DNA from: a virus
DNA: 64,000 nucleotides
Reading direction: 5' to 3' (one strand)
Virus record (IMG/VR): IMGVR_UViG_3300045988_149572
The position numbers were made by a program, and so were the translations under genes. Below the pieces are notes generated by a model. It had not been told where the DNA came from and made no database searches. It was given only the letters and a program-made list of their open reading frames with translations. Shown piece after piece: positions 29,648 to 38,334 of this stretch. How positions within the stretch are numbered: position 1 is the first letter of the stretch; each line of letters starts with the position of its first letter.

Positions 29648-29757
29648 AATACATTCCACCGAAGAAGACGGTGTACAAGACCGCCACGAAGATCGTGTGT
29701 CCGAAATGCGGAAAGAATTAGAACGCTTCGTGCGGTGCTTCCATCTCGGCAGGGAAG

Positions 29758-31008
29758 TCAGTCAAGCAAGTCCACAAGCTCCTTCTTGATGTCGTCGTCG
29801 ATGTTGCGGTAACGGGAGAAAGCCTTGCTTCCATCCTTGTGACCGGACATAGAGCCGACAAGATTGGGGTCTTTGACCTGTTTGTAAAGGTTGCCTATGA
29901 ACGTCCTGCGTGCAAGATGGGAGGAGGCTATCTCGTTGATTGGTCTGCGCACCTCGCATCCTTTGGAAGAATCATAGACAAGCACCGACCTCGTTATGCC
30001 ACAGATGGTGAAGAACCGCTTTATGGCTGCGTTATATGCTTGGTCTGCGATGAAAGGGAACAGCCTGCCGTCCTTGTCCACTCCCATATATTTCTTCACA
30101 AGCATCCGCGCGCTGTTGTTCAGCGGCACTCTGACGATGTCGGTATGTTCGCTTCGTGTCTTCCGGGGAATATACTCCACGGCTCCGTTCACAATATTGT
30201 CGGTGGTCAGCCTTGTGAGGTCGGACACACGGCAACCGATGCAGCACTGGAACAGGAAAATATCTCTCTGTACCTCAAGGGAAGGGTAGTCGGACAAGTC
30301 GTAGTTGGCTATGCGGTTGCGTTCCGCTATGCTTATATAATAAGGTGTGCCGTATCTTTCCGCTTTCACCGACACGTTGTCGGTCGGAGAGCGGTCGATG
30401 ATTCCAAGCGTCACCATCTCCTTGAACAAAGAGCGCAGACGTTTGAATGTAGTGCATATATAGTTTGCTCCGCCAATCTTCTCCACATCCTTGATGTAAG
30501 ACAGGAATTTCCTCACGTCATCCTCCGTCATCGTTTTCAAAGTAAGACTGTATGAAGGGGAGTATTTACGTCTGAACACCTCGAAACTTTTCAGTTTGTT
30601 CTTCAGCACCTCATATCCTCGCAACGTTCCCAAAGCGATGTTCTTGTGGGCGAGCAGGTCGGCAAATTCCTCATCGAGAGCCATCGGCTCTTCCTTGTCC
30701 TCCGGATTAAGAACGTCCTCCACCATTCTCTGCAAGTCACGGCTTGTGCGTATGTCCGCATAGTGGGAGGAGTAGACACGCATAATGATGTCCTTGAGAT
30801 AAGCCACCTTGTTGTCCACATCTTCCCTATACGCAATCTGGCACATCGCACGCTGTTTGATGCATTCTTTTTTGGAATCCCATAGAGAAGGGTACACCAT
30901 AATGTGGCTGATGAAGTATAACTGCACCTTGCGTCCGTCACTCAGACGGAAGCGTATTTTGACCTCGGAATCTTTGGTCGTTCGGATGAATGCTTTGATT
31001 GTTGCCAT
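29758..31008 (-). CDS. int: tyrosine recombinase / phage integrase
   Basis: Catalytic Arg context CCIGCRVSDL, SSHLARRTF (HxxR), and GHKDGSKAFSRY (His and Tyr). The MATIKAFIRT...IRFRL N-terminus is typical of Bacteroidales Arm-binding integrases, so ATG 31008 is preferred over 31053. Confidence 0.9.
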   Translation of the reverse strand: MATIKAFIRTTKDSEVKIRFRLSDGRKVQLYFISHIMVYPSLWDSKKECIKQRAMCQIAYREDVDNKVAYLKDIIMRVYSSHYADIRTSRDLQRMVEDVLNPEDKEEPMALDEEFADLLAHKNIALGTLRGYEVLKNKLKSFEVFRRKYSPSYSLTLKTMTEDDVRKFLSYIKDVEKIGGANYICTTFKRLRSLFKEMVTLGIIDRSPTDNVSVKAERYGTPYYISIAERNRIANYDLSDYPSLEVQRDIFLFQCCIGCRVSDLTRLTTDNIVNGAVEYIPRKTRSEHTDIVRVPLNNSARMLVKKYMGVDKDGRLFPFIADQAYNAAIKRFFTICGITRSVLVYDSSKGCEVRRPINEIASSHLARRTFIGNLYKQVKDPNLVGSMSGHKDGSKAFSRYRNIDDDIKKELVDLLD

Positions 31009-31025
31009 ACGCAAAGGTATGAAAC

Positions 31026-31252
31026 TTGCACAACACTTGCACAACATTTGCACAACATATTTGTTATCGGTTGTGATTATTTAATACTATCTGTACAATC
31101 AAACATTTCAAAATGCTGATTATCAAGTGATATGAAAACAAACCAAGTGAACGGCTAACAAACAACGTTGTCCGGGTAAGACAACAAGGGTAGTCTGACT
31201 ATCAGAAAGTTATGGTGGATGTGCGGTGGATTTGCACAACATTTGCACAACA
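31026..31252 (+). promoter_or_regulatory. attP-like region flanked by TTGCACAACA arm-type repeats
   Basis: Five same-orientation copies at 11-bp phasing: 31026, 31037 and 31048, then 31232 and 31243. They bracket ~175 bp of AT-rich non-coding DNA next to int. Confidence 0.55.
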
Positions 31253-31255
31253 CGA

Positions 31256-31294
31256 ACAAAAAAAGGGGGACGGTTCTCACGAATCATCCCCCTT
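31256..31294 (-). terminator. rho-independent terminator ending the long leftward operon
   Basis: AAGGGGGA (31263-31270) pairs with TCCCCCTT (31287-31294). On the minus strand a U run follows (A run 31255-31262 on the + strand). Confidence 0.65.
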
Positions 31295-31332
31295 TGTCAT
31301 TTACCAATAACACTAACACAAACTAAAAAGAA

Positions 31333-34020
31333 TTATTTTATCCTTCCATCATCCTTCGGAGTTATCTCAAAGGATGCCTTTGTCAATCTTTGTCCGGGAG
31401 ACATCGTGCCGACAAGCACGAGGCGGAAAGCCTTGTATGGTGTGCCTTGTATGCCAGTGATGTATCTCTCAACGCTTGACGCCACTGGCGTCCATCGCTT
31501 GTAGTCCATCGTTCCATACAAGGCGGTCTTTATCTTGTCTCCGCGGGCGATCATCGTGTTGACCGTCTTCAGCATATCACCGTCACCGAATGTTATCGGA
31601 CGTGACACTGCGGCAACAACAACATCGTCTCCGTTCTCCTGCGACAGGTCTATAATGTCCGACCTTGTGCTCTCTACGGACACCTGCACTACGCTATTTG
31701 GGTAAGAGTTGGCGATAGCGACAACCTTGCCTGTGCGCACCTCTCCCCATTGCTTGCTCCGGAGCGAGTAGGTGGGGGCGAAGACGTTGCCCGGATTGCA
31801 GATGAGAATCCGTTGTCCTACGTAGTCGTATGCTATACGGCTTCCGCTGAGAAACCCTTTGAACGATTCAAACGAGATTATGTCGGGCGCCAAGAGTTTC
31901 GTAAGGCCGGGGAGCGCAGACGGGCTGAACCACTCACCGTCCAAAGCCTCGGACAGGCACTGCGTTTGGGAGCCTTGAAGCACCATCAGTCCTCTGTTGG
32001 AAGAGAAGAGGATTGCATCGTCTATCTGCGTTATGCTGTCGGCATTGTTGACAACATCCCTTGTCACTGGAGTTACTGACGCGATGCCTCCATTCTCGTT
32101 GGTCTGCAACGCCCATATTCCTTCATCGGTGAATGCGTATAGGGGATACTGACCGAACTGCCCTTCAGACAAAGCCTGCGTTGTGGAAGACAGTCCTATG
32201 ATTTCACCGAAGCCAACCGTGTTTATGCCTGCCACAGGGAAGTAGAACGGCATATTGATGACGGATGTATAGACCTTGTTGCTCAAAACAATATCAAAAT
32301 CCGATGTGGTCGGTAACGGCTCCGCCTTCCAATTCAAATATCCGAGTACGGATTTGACATTCTCCCAAAATGGGATAATTGCAAATGCTCCATTAAGCAG
32401 GTCGTGCGGTCTCAATGGCAAGTACGCTGTGCTATCCCCATCGGACAAAATCATTTCAGAAGCCCTTGTGTTGGGGTAGTAAAAATAAAACCCCAAGTTG
32501 TTGACCGAAACAGCAGAAGCCCCTTTTACAACATCTCCATATTCGGTTTTTATTCTGTTCCTGATTTCAATCTTTTTTGAATCGGCAATGAAGCCACTTG
32601 CAAAAGACATCCCATTTGCGTCCCATCCGCGGAATAGAGATTTTGATATGTTTGCAATATTCAGACGGCTATTGTATACGAAAGCAGATTGAGGCTTCAG
32701 CAAGTCGTGGCTATCATAGTCGTCTGTCATAACTTCCTTGTTGACCAATGATGTTAAATAGCCTTTTTGTATTGGAATCGGGGCAAACTGGGAATACGAC
32801 CCAACACCATCCGTTGTGAAAGGTATTGATTTAAGAAGATAGAACAAAGACTTGGTGGAAACATCTTTCTGTATTTCGGAATCGCTATATCTCGGAGGAC
32901 GAATGAAATAAGAGCCTTCCGCTTCCTGATCTATGAAATGGTATGTATTGGGAAGGGGAATCAGCCCTTTACCATCATATTCAGAAATATCGTCAGATGC
33001 TAAAAAGCCAAAACTGCTGACCGTCTCTGATAGAAGATCGTATTTAGAAGTGTCGTTTATCACATCCAACCCTCCTTGTTTGTAAGTGTATATTGGCGCA
33101 CTCACAAAAATATCAATGCTCTGTATTATATCTCCAAAATTAAAAAGGTCGGCACTTTTATATATCACTTTGCAAAACAATTCACCGGAGAGCCAACGAA
33201 CCCAGGCTTGCAACTTGGTGTCGTTGTCCAAGAGCATGTTTCCAACAATTTGCACCGCATCAGACATTGATGGGAGCATCAAGATTGGAGCTGAATGCAA
33301 AGTTAAAGTAGAACCGTCATATAGGCGATAGGCATATCTCACAAGGAATGGGAACATAAAGGCTCCATAATATGAGACTGCCTGATGTGCTTTGTTTACC
33401 AATGCGCAGACTTGTTCCTCTATATATCTTTGGTTCTCCTCTTTTCCCCAGTTCGGATCGTTTGGTTTGCATTTGAAAAGAATTTTTGTCGAAGATGTAA
33501 TCAATTCTTTTTTGTCTTGCTCCGACCAACTATCATCATAGAAATATTTTTTCAGCATAAATCGGACGTCCGGTTCTGGAAGATGCGTTCCTAAATCCAC
33601 GTATTGAAACAATGGCTTGTTGGTAGAGGCAGGCGTACCATAAGACTTCCAAAGGAAGTAGCGCATTTCGTTTTTGGAGTAGGCGATGAGCGTGTTGCCC
33701 ACACTCACGATCTTGGGGAGCCCGGCTACATATCCTATCTCCTTGAAACCGCTGTCGCCGTCCTCCGTTGTCGGAGACATCTGATAGTACAGTGTGTTGT
33801 CCTTGAAGAAGATGTAGTGTTCGCTTTCTGAAGTCACGGAATGCACGAAGAGTAGTTGGTACTTGTCGGTGACGTTCCACAGGCATTTACCTTTGCCGAC
33901 CGCCTTCAACTCGCCTTCTTCCGGGATAAGGTTCACAAGGTGCGACATCACTCCGTCTTGTGCGCTATAGTCTGAAGGAGCATTGGAGATGCCCACAAAT
34001 TCAATGTCTTTATTCATCAT
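31333..34020 (-). CDS. large hypothetical protein (895 aa), beta-rich
   Basis: Long uninterrupted ORF, last gene before the terminator and attP. No catalytic motif recognised. Could be a displaced tail/nozzle protein or accessory cargo. Confidence 0.7.
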   Translation of the reverse strand: MMNKDIEFVGISNAPSDYSAQDGVMSHLVNLIPEEGELKAVGKGKCLWNVTDKYQLLFVHSVTSESEHYIFFKDNTLYYQMSPTTEDGDSGFKEIGYVAGLPKIVSVGNTLIAYSKNEMRYFLWKSYGTPASTNKPLFQYVDLGTHLPEPDVRFMLKKYFYDDSWSEQDKKELITSSTKILFKCKPNDPNWGKEENQRYIEEQVCALVNKAHQAVSYYGAFMFPFLVRYAYRLYDGSTLTLHSAPILMLPSMSDAVQIVGNMLLDNDTKLQAWVRWLSGELFCKVIYKSADLFNFGDIIQSIDIFVSAPIYTYKQGGLDVINDTSKYDLLSETVSSFGFLASDDISEYDGKGLIPLPNTYHFIDQEAEGSYFIRPPRYSDSEIQKDVSTKSLFYLLKSIPFTTDGVGSYSQFAPIPIQKGYLTSLVNKEVMTDDYDSHDLLKPQSAFVYNSRLNIANISKSLFRGWDANGMSFASGFIADSKKIEIRNRIKTEYGDVVKGASAVSVNNLGFYFYYPNTRASEMILSDGDSTAYLPLRPHDLLNGAFAIIPFWENVKSVLGYLNWKAEPLPTTSDFDIVLSNKVYTSVINMPFYFPVAGINTVGFGEIIGLSSTTQALSEGQFGQYPLYAFTDEGIWALQTNENGGIASVTPVTRDVVNNADSITQIDDAILFSSNRGLMVLQGSQTQCLSEALDGEWFSPSALPGLTKLLAPDIISFESFKGFLSGSRIAYDYVGQRILICNPGNVFAPTYSLRSKQWGEVRTGKVVAIANSYPNSVVQVSVESTRSDIIDLSQENGDDVVVAAVSRPITFGDGDMLKTVNTMIARGDKIKTALYGTMDYKRWTPVASSVERYITGIQGTPYKAFRLVLVGTMSPGQRLTKASFEITPKDDGRIK

Positions 34021-34369
34021 ACAGATTGTTTCTCGTTATCAACGGCAGAGCCGTCCCAATGTTGTCCACCTCCACTGCGGAACCCACGGGCAGGTGAGCC
34101 TCCCTCTTTCCGCACAGAACAATGATTTTCTTTGCCAAGTCGTAGAAATTGGCACGGAGGAAATTGCTTCCGAAGTTGACCTTACGGCACACACCGCGGA
34201 ATTTTCCTTTCACATTTCGTTCAGCGACATAAAGATAATATTCACCGCCCGCGTTCCACACGTTGATGGCATCGCCGGGGTGCAGACCGAGAGTCTTGCT
34301 GACCCTTGATGTTATGTCTATCTGTCCGTTCTCACGGAAGTATATATCCGGTTTTCTTGTTTCCGCCAT
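34010..34369 (-). CDS. hypothetical protein with AbrB/SpoVT-like N-terminal segment
   Basis: IDITSRVSKTLGLHPGDAINVWNAGGEYYL resembles a looped-hinge-helix DNA-binding fold. ATG 34369 abuts the upstream stop. Confidence 0.4.
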   Translation of the reverse strand: MAETRKPDIYFRENGQIDITSRVSKTLGLHPGDAINVWNAGGEYYLYVAERNVKGKFRGVCRKVNFGSNFLRANFYDLAKKIIVLCGKREAHLPVGSAVEVDNIGTALPLITRNNLYDE

Positions 34370-34371
34370 TC

Positions 34372-34755
34372 TCATTTCCTTAAAATTTTGAAGTAGTAAA
34401 AATCCTTGCATCGGCATCGCACCACTTTCTTCCTTGCAGTCTTGCCACACTCTATCCCATAGTCATAATAGATGCGGTTGACGGAAGGACACGTTGCGTT
34501 GAAACCGATGGTGTTGTGCTGAAAGTTTTTCTGCAACGGAGCGAAGGGGGTGTCCTTGCCCACAAGGTCGGGATGGTTAACGCAGAACCCATACTCCCGT
34601 CCATCCGAGAACATATGAATCTTATTCTCATCCATATCCACAATATCAGCTATCACTATATCCGCCAAGCGCGGAGATAGTGTGACTGAGTTATCTGTAT
34701 CATCCAACACGACATACAGCCTGTTAAGCATCTTGTCAAGAATCCGTCCAATCAT
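34372..34755 (-). CDS. hypothetical protein
   Basis: 127-aa ORF, tightly packed in the operon. Confidence 0.55.
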   Translation of the reverse strand: MIGRILDKMLNRLYVVLDDTDNSVTLSPRLADIVIADIVDMDENKIHMFSDGREYGFCVNHPDLVGKDTPFAPLQKNFQHNTIGFNATCPSVNRIYYDYGIECGKTARKKVVRCRCKDFYYFKILRK

Positions 34756-34985
34756 CGTTTTGTATTTGGGTAAATCAATCTACTGCGGAAACTTATGGTT
34801 TCGATGTAGGAGAACGACAAGTTTCCAGTTTTCAAATCACGCATATGCTGTTCCGCGTCAGCCTTGTTATCAAAAATGAAACTGCAAATCTCATATTTTC
34901 CGGTTCCTTTGGTGTTGACTATGTTGGCATAGTACTTATACCCCAGAAGGTATGATATTATTCGTTGAATCAAAGACATTTCCAT
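34752..34985 (-). CDS. hypothetical protein
   Basis: ORF trimmed to ATG 34985 (MEMSLIQR...), so it no longer overlaps the upstream gene. Confidence 0.45.
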   Translation of the reverse strand: MEMSLIQRIISYLLGYKYYANIVNTKGTGKYEICSFIFDNKADAEQHMRDLKTGNLSFSYIETISFRSRLIYPNTKR

Positions 34986-35044
34986 AAATAAACTTTTTAC
35001 TAAGGTAATAATTAATCGCCTATCAGACAACTTTTTTGTTAATC

Positions 35045-35890
35045 TTAAAGCTCCGTTTTCTCGTTTACTCGTTCGAACCGCTTGCACGCAGGGCGCATCT
35101 GTGACGCATTGTATGAAGGCCACTTGCAATGTCCCTTTGCGGCGACCTCATATCTGTAGTTGGCGCACACTCCACAGCAACGGAACTTGTCTGCCTGTGC
35201 CACGCTGATGCTCTTCAGCTCTCTAATGGCAGCGTCGATGCAAGCCTCCAATGCCGCCCGCTTGCGTTTGTTCACTTCGTTCACCTGCGCTGCCACGCTC
35301 TTCTCCTCGATGGCGATGCACGCTTTTTGTATAGCCACGAGATTGTTTATGCTTGGAGGGGTAATCTTCAACGGCACTTCCGCACACGCAGTAGCAAGGC
35401 GTTCGGTGTACTCCTCGGCAAACTCAATCGCCATAAGCGAGAGAAACCGCACCACCTCACTCTGTGCGTTTATGTCGGAATCGTCGACATCATAATTGAG
35501 AGAGCGGATAAATTCCTCCACGATAAGGCGAAGGAGCGAGAACACCTTCTTCGTGTCCTCGAAGAAGCGGTATTCTAAGAACTGCATCAATTGCAGTTCC
35601 GCACCGAACATTCCTCCTGTCAATTCTTTTTTGAGGTCACGAATGGCGTTGCCAAGGTCACAACTGACACGCTTGTAGATGAGATTGCCGTCCTTGTCGG
35701 TTTTGAAGTTGAAGCACAGATAGCGGAGCCGTTCCGCCTCACGGATCGTGAGCAGTGCGATGAACAATGGTTTAAGCACGAGGTTTCTGACCTCGCAAGG
35801 TTGGAGCGGTTTTGGTGGCTGCTCCGGAGCTACGGCAGTGCGTCTTGCGGTCGCTGCCGTCAGTCTGATGGGGAATAGTATCATCGACAT
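35045..35890 (-). CDS. hypothetical protein with C-terminal Cys cluster
   Basis: 281 aa. Ends with FRCCGVCANYRYEVAAKGHCKWPS...ACKRF. Confidence 0.6.
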   Translation of the reverse strand: MSMILFPIRLTAATARRTAVAPEQPPKPLQPCEVRNLVLKPLFIALLTIREAERLRYLCFNFKTDKDGNLIYKRVSCDLGNAIRDLKKELTGGMFGAELQLMQFLEYRFFEDTKKVFSLLRLIVEEFIRSLNYDVDDSDINAQSEVVRFLSLMAIEFAEEYTERLATACAEVPLKITPPSINNLVAIQKACIAIEEKSVAAQVNEVNKRKRAALEACIDAAIRELKSISVAQADKFRCCGVCANYRYEVAAKGHCKWPSYNASQMRPACKRFERVNEKTEL

Positions 35891-36471
35891 TCGTTGATAA
35901 ATCGTTCTTGTTGTTTGTCGTAAAACTCTTTGTTAATCTCGCAACCTACAAAGTCAAAGCCGAGATTATACGCGGCTATCCTTGATGAGCCACTGCCTAA
36001 ATGCGTGTCAAGAATCTTGTCGCCTTGCTTTGCAAAGGTCTTAATGAGATATTCGTATAACGCCACAGGTTTCTGCGTTGGGTGTATACGTTTCTGTATG
36101 AATAGATGACTGAATAGTTTCGCCGGCGCCTTGAACGATGTCCACAAGTATTCGCACGCAGAGAAGTTTTTCCACGGCTGTCGCTTGTCCCACACAACGA
36201 AACATCTGCAAGGCGGCAGATTGAAATAATTACCTCCACAGATAATCTGATTCTTCGACACGCGGAACAACTCCTGGAAATATTCATCCGTAGGCGAAAT
36301 ATCCCATTCCATCGGCATTGTGTTCAACGCCCTTATGCACTTCTTGCCTCCTGTAATGCCTGCGCCACTCGCTTTAAGACCATAAGGAGGATCAACAATG
36401 GCTAAATCAAAAGCCTTGTCGGGGAGAGTGTGCATATACTCTATGCAGTCAATATTGTATGCTATATTCAT
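35881..36471 (-). CDS. orphan DNA N6-adenine/N4-cytosine methyltransferase (beta class)
   Basis: Motif IV IVDPPYG lies N-terminal and motif I DTHLGSGSS lies C-terminal. This is the permuted order of PF01555-type enzymes. Confidence 0.85.
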   Translation of the reverse strand: MNIAYNIDCIEYMHTLPDKAFDLAIVDPPYGLKASGAGITGGKKCIRALNTMPMEWDISPTDEYFQELFRVSKNQIICGGNYFNLPPCRCFVVWDKRQPWKNFSACEYLWTSFKAPAKLFSHLFIQKRIHPTQKPVALYEYLIKTFAKQGDKILDTHLGSGSSRIAAYNLGFDFVGCEINKEFYDKQQERFINECR

Positions 36472-36484
36472 TGGGAAAAAGAAA

Positions 36485-36508
36485 GGGAGGAAACCGATGC
36501 TTCCTCCC
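36485..36508 (-). terminator. hairpin plus U tract 13 nt upstream of the methyltransferase ATG
   Basis: GGGAGGAA (36485-36492) pairs with TTCCTCCC (36501-36508). The minus strand continues UUUCUUUUUCCCAA and then ATG 36471. Confidence 0.5.
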
Positions 36509-36692
36509 TGTTGTCCTCTGGGGAAATCTAGGATTTGAGCAAGGATAAAGTGTTAAAATATTTGCATTTTCTCGAGTTCAAGTTTTTAACATTACAGGAT
36601 GATGTTCTCTCATTGGGATGATATGGATTTGTCCAATGACCAATCTCTGTTCCGGAATCGGTCAAAGGAAGTACAGGTGTACCTTCTCCGGC

Positions 36693-37754
36693 TTAGCCAC
36701 GATAGCATTCGGTGTTGACATAGGGTTGCTGACGCTTTATCACGGCGAACATGCGGCAGATGAGTTTGAACTTGACGGCATTCATCACACACCCGTGGCT
36801 TTTGCCTTGACTGCGCTTGCGCTGATAGTAGTGTCTGAGTTGCGGATCGTGGATGATGGCACTGCGGGCTGCCTCCGAAAGGGTAGCTTTCAACTCGTTG
36901 TGACCTTTCTTGCAGACATGGTTGCCTGAGTGTACCGAGGTGCCCGACTGTACTGCCATCGGACTGACGGAGCAGAATTTGGCATATTGTCGGGAGGTTT
37001 GGAAGCGTGTGAAGTTTCCCGTGGCGACGATTGTGTTGACGGCATTCACCATGCCTATGCCTGGGATGGAGATGAGGAGATGGTAATTGGTCGCGATGGT
37101 CTCGTCGGCGGCGATGATTTTCTTGATTTCTTCCTCTATCTGATGTATCTGGACGGTCATAAAGTCGACCATCTTATGCATGCGCGCAATGGTCTGTGCT
37201 TCAGTCTGAACCTTTATCTGGCACAAATAGGAGGCGCGGCAGCGGACACACAGATCGCGCTCGTTACGCAGCTCTCTGAGGTGTTTGATATTCTTGGGCT
37301 CCGGACCTGAGGGAGCGAGCTTCTCGCGCATTGTATAGGCATAGTCGGCGATGAATTTGGCATCCACCTCATCGGTCTTGTTCCTGCCTCGGGAACATGC
37401 GTTCTTGACGTCCAGCGGATGGAGCATGTTGAAGGTGATTTTCTTCTTGTGCAGCCATTCGGCCAGTGCGATGGAGTACGCCCCTGTGTGCTCAAAAGCT
37501 ATGGCCACCTCGTTTTTCTTAATCTTCCGTGCCTTGAGCCATTGGAGCAGTTGCTTGAATCCCTCCGTATCGTTGGAAATCTGCACGTGTTCGAACTTGC
37601 GGTAGTCCGTTTTCGGTTGATACAGGGCCAAGTCCAATGTATCTTTTGATACATCACAGCCCACGAAGTGTTGTTTAGTTGACAGGTCTTGCATATCTTT
37701 GCTGTTATTGATTAAATAAGTTAGTTGAATGCATCCAAAACTTTTAGTAGACAT
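36693..37754 (-). CDS. IS110-family transposase/recombinase
   Basis: 353 aa. N-terminal DVSKDTLD...FEHTGAYS is RuvC-like DEDD. C-terminal IPGIGMVNAVNTIV...FCSVSPMAVQSGTSV...KKGHNELK is the Transposase_20 signature. Confidence 0.9.
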   Translation of the reverse strand: MSTKSFGCIQLTYLINNSKDMQDLSTKQHFVGCDVSKDTLDLALYQPKTDYRKFEHVQISNDTEGFKQLLQWLKARKIKKNEVAIAFEHTGAYSIALAEWLHKKKITFNMLHPLDVKNACSRGRNKTDEVDAKFIADYAYTMREKLAPSGPEPKNIKHLRELRNERDLCVRCRASYLCQIKVQTEAQTIARMHKMVDFMTVQIHQIEEEIKKIIAADETIATNYHLLISIPGIGMVNAVNTIVATGNFTRFQTSRQYAKFCSVSPMAVQSGTSVHSGNHVCKKGHNELKATLSEAARSAIIHDPQLRHYYQRKRSQGKSHGCVMNAVKFKLICRMFAVIKRQQPYVNTECYRG

Positions 37755-37950
37755 ACAGGTCTAGAAATCTAGCTTGATGTGTTCAACAAATAAGACAGAG
37801 ACGGACTGTAACCCCGGAAAGTCCTTGTGACTAGTTAACAGAGAAGTTCACCGTCCCTGTCTTTCTTTTTAACAATTCGGAGAGTTTCTCTTAACTTCCT
37901 ATTGATAGTGCAAAGATAAAAGTTAACAGAGGGAGGTTAATGATGTTAAA
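37755..37950 (-). ncRNA. candidate IS110 bridge (guide) RNA in the transposase leader
   Basis: Non-coding leader of the expected size. An 11-bp stem with 1 mismatch, GACAGAGACGG (~37796-37806) / CCGTCCCTGTC (~37851-37861), encloses a ~45-nt internal loop. Confidence 0.35.
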
Positions 37951-37952
37951 TG

Positions 37953-38318
37953 TTATTCTTTAAGTTTTTTAATGTTCAATCTGATTCCGTTGACGACACA
38001 GAACTCGCACATACTAAGTGCAGCGGTCATAAGGTCTTTGCCCTGTGGCAAAACGCCTGTTATTCCAATCCAACCCCAATTCAGCATCCATATTTTATTA
38101 TAATATCGAGATATTATTAAATCACCATTTAAACATCCACCATTTATAGGTTCGAAACAATGTTTATTGGTTTGTGCATTGTCTGAAAATGCTTTTTTCT
38201 GGACTGCATTATCGACATCGGGAATCAGGTTCAGCACATTCTCCAGCGTGCAGTATTCTTCTTTTAAGTCTATACCGCAGTAAGTTTGCAGATAGCCTCT
38301 TACTTCTTCTTTCGTCAT
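37953..38318 (-). CDS. hypothetical protein
   Basis: ORF trimmed to ATG 38318 (MTKEEVRGYLQ...). Confidence 0.5.
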   Translation of the reverse strand: MTKEEVRGYLQTYCGIDLKEEYCTLENVLNLIPDVDNAVQKKAFSDNAQTNKHCFEPINGGCLNGDLIISRYYNKIWMLNWGWIGITGVLPQGKDLMTAALSMCEFCVVNGIRLNIKKLKE

Positions 38319-38334
38319 AGTGTTAAATATAAAG

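Larger units (their letters stand above)
36480..37950 (-). mobile_element. IS110-family insertion sequence (boundaries approximate)
   Basis: About 1.47 kb of foreign DNA between two phage genes. It carries a DEDD-type transposase and a ~195-nt 5' non-coding leader. No terminal inverted repeats were seen, as expected for IS110. Confidence 0.6.

Noticed and set aside
29839-30555. 238-aa + strand ORF
   Set aside because: It is antisense to the integrase.
31026-31252. Short phased repeats as a CRISPR array
   Set aside because: The units are only 10 bp at 11-bp spacing with no spacers, and they sit next to an integrase. They fit arm-type recombinase sites, not CRISPR.
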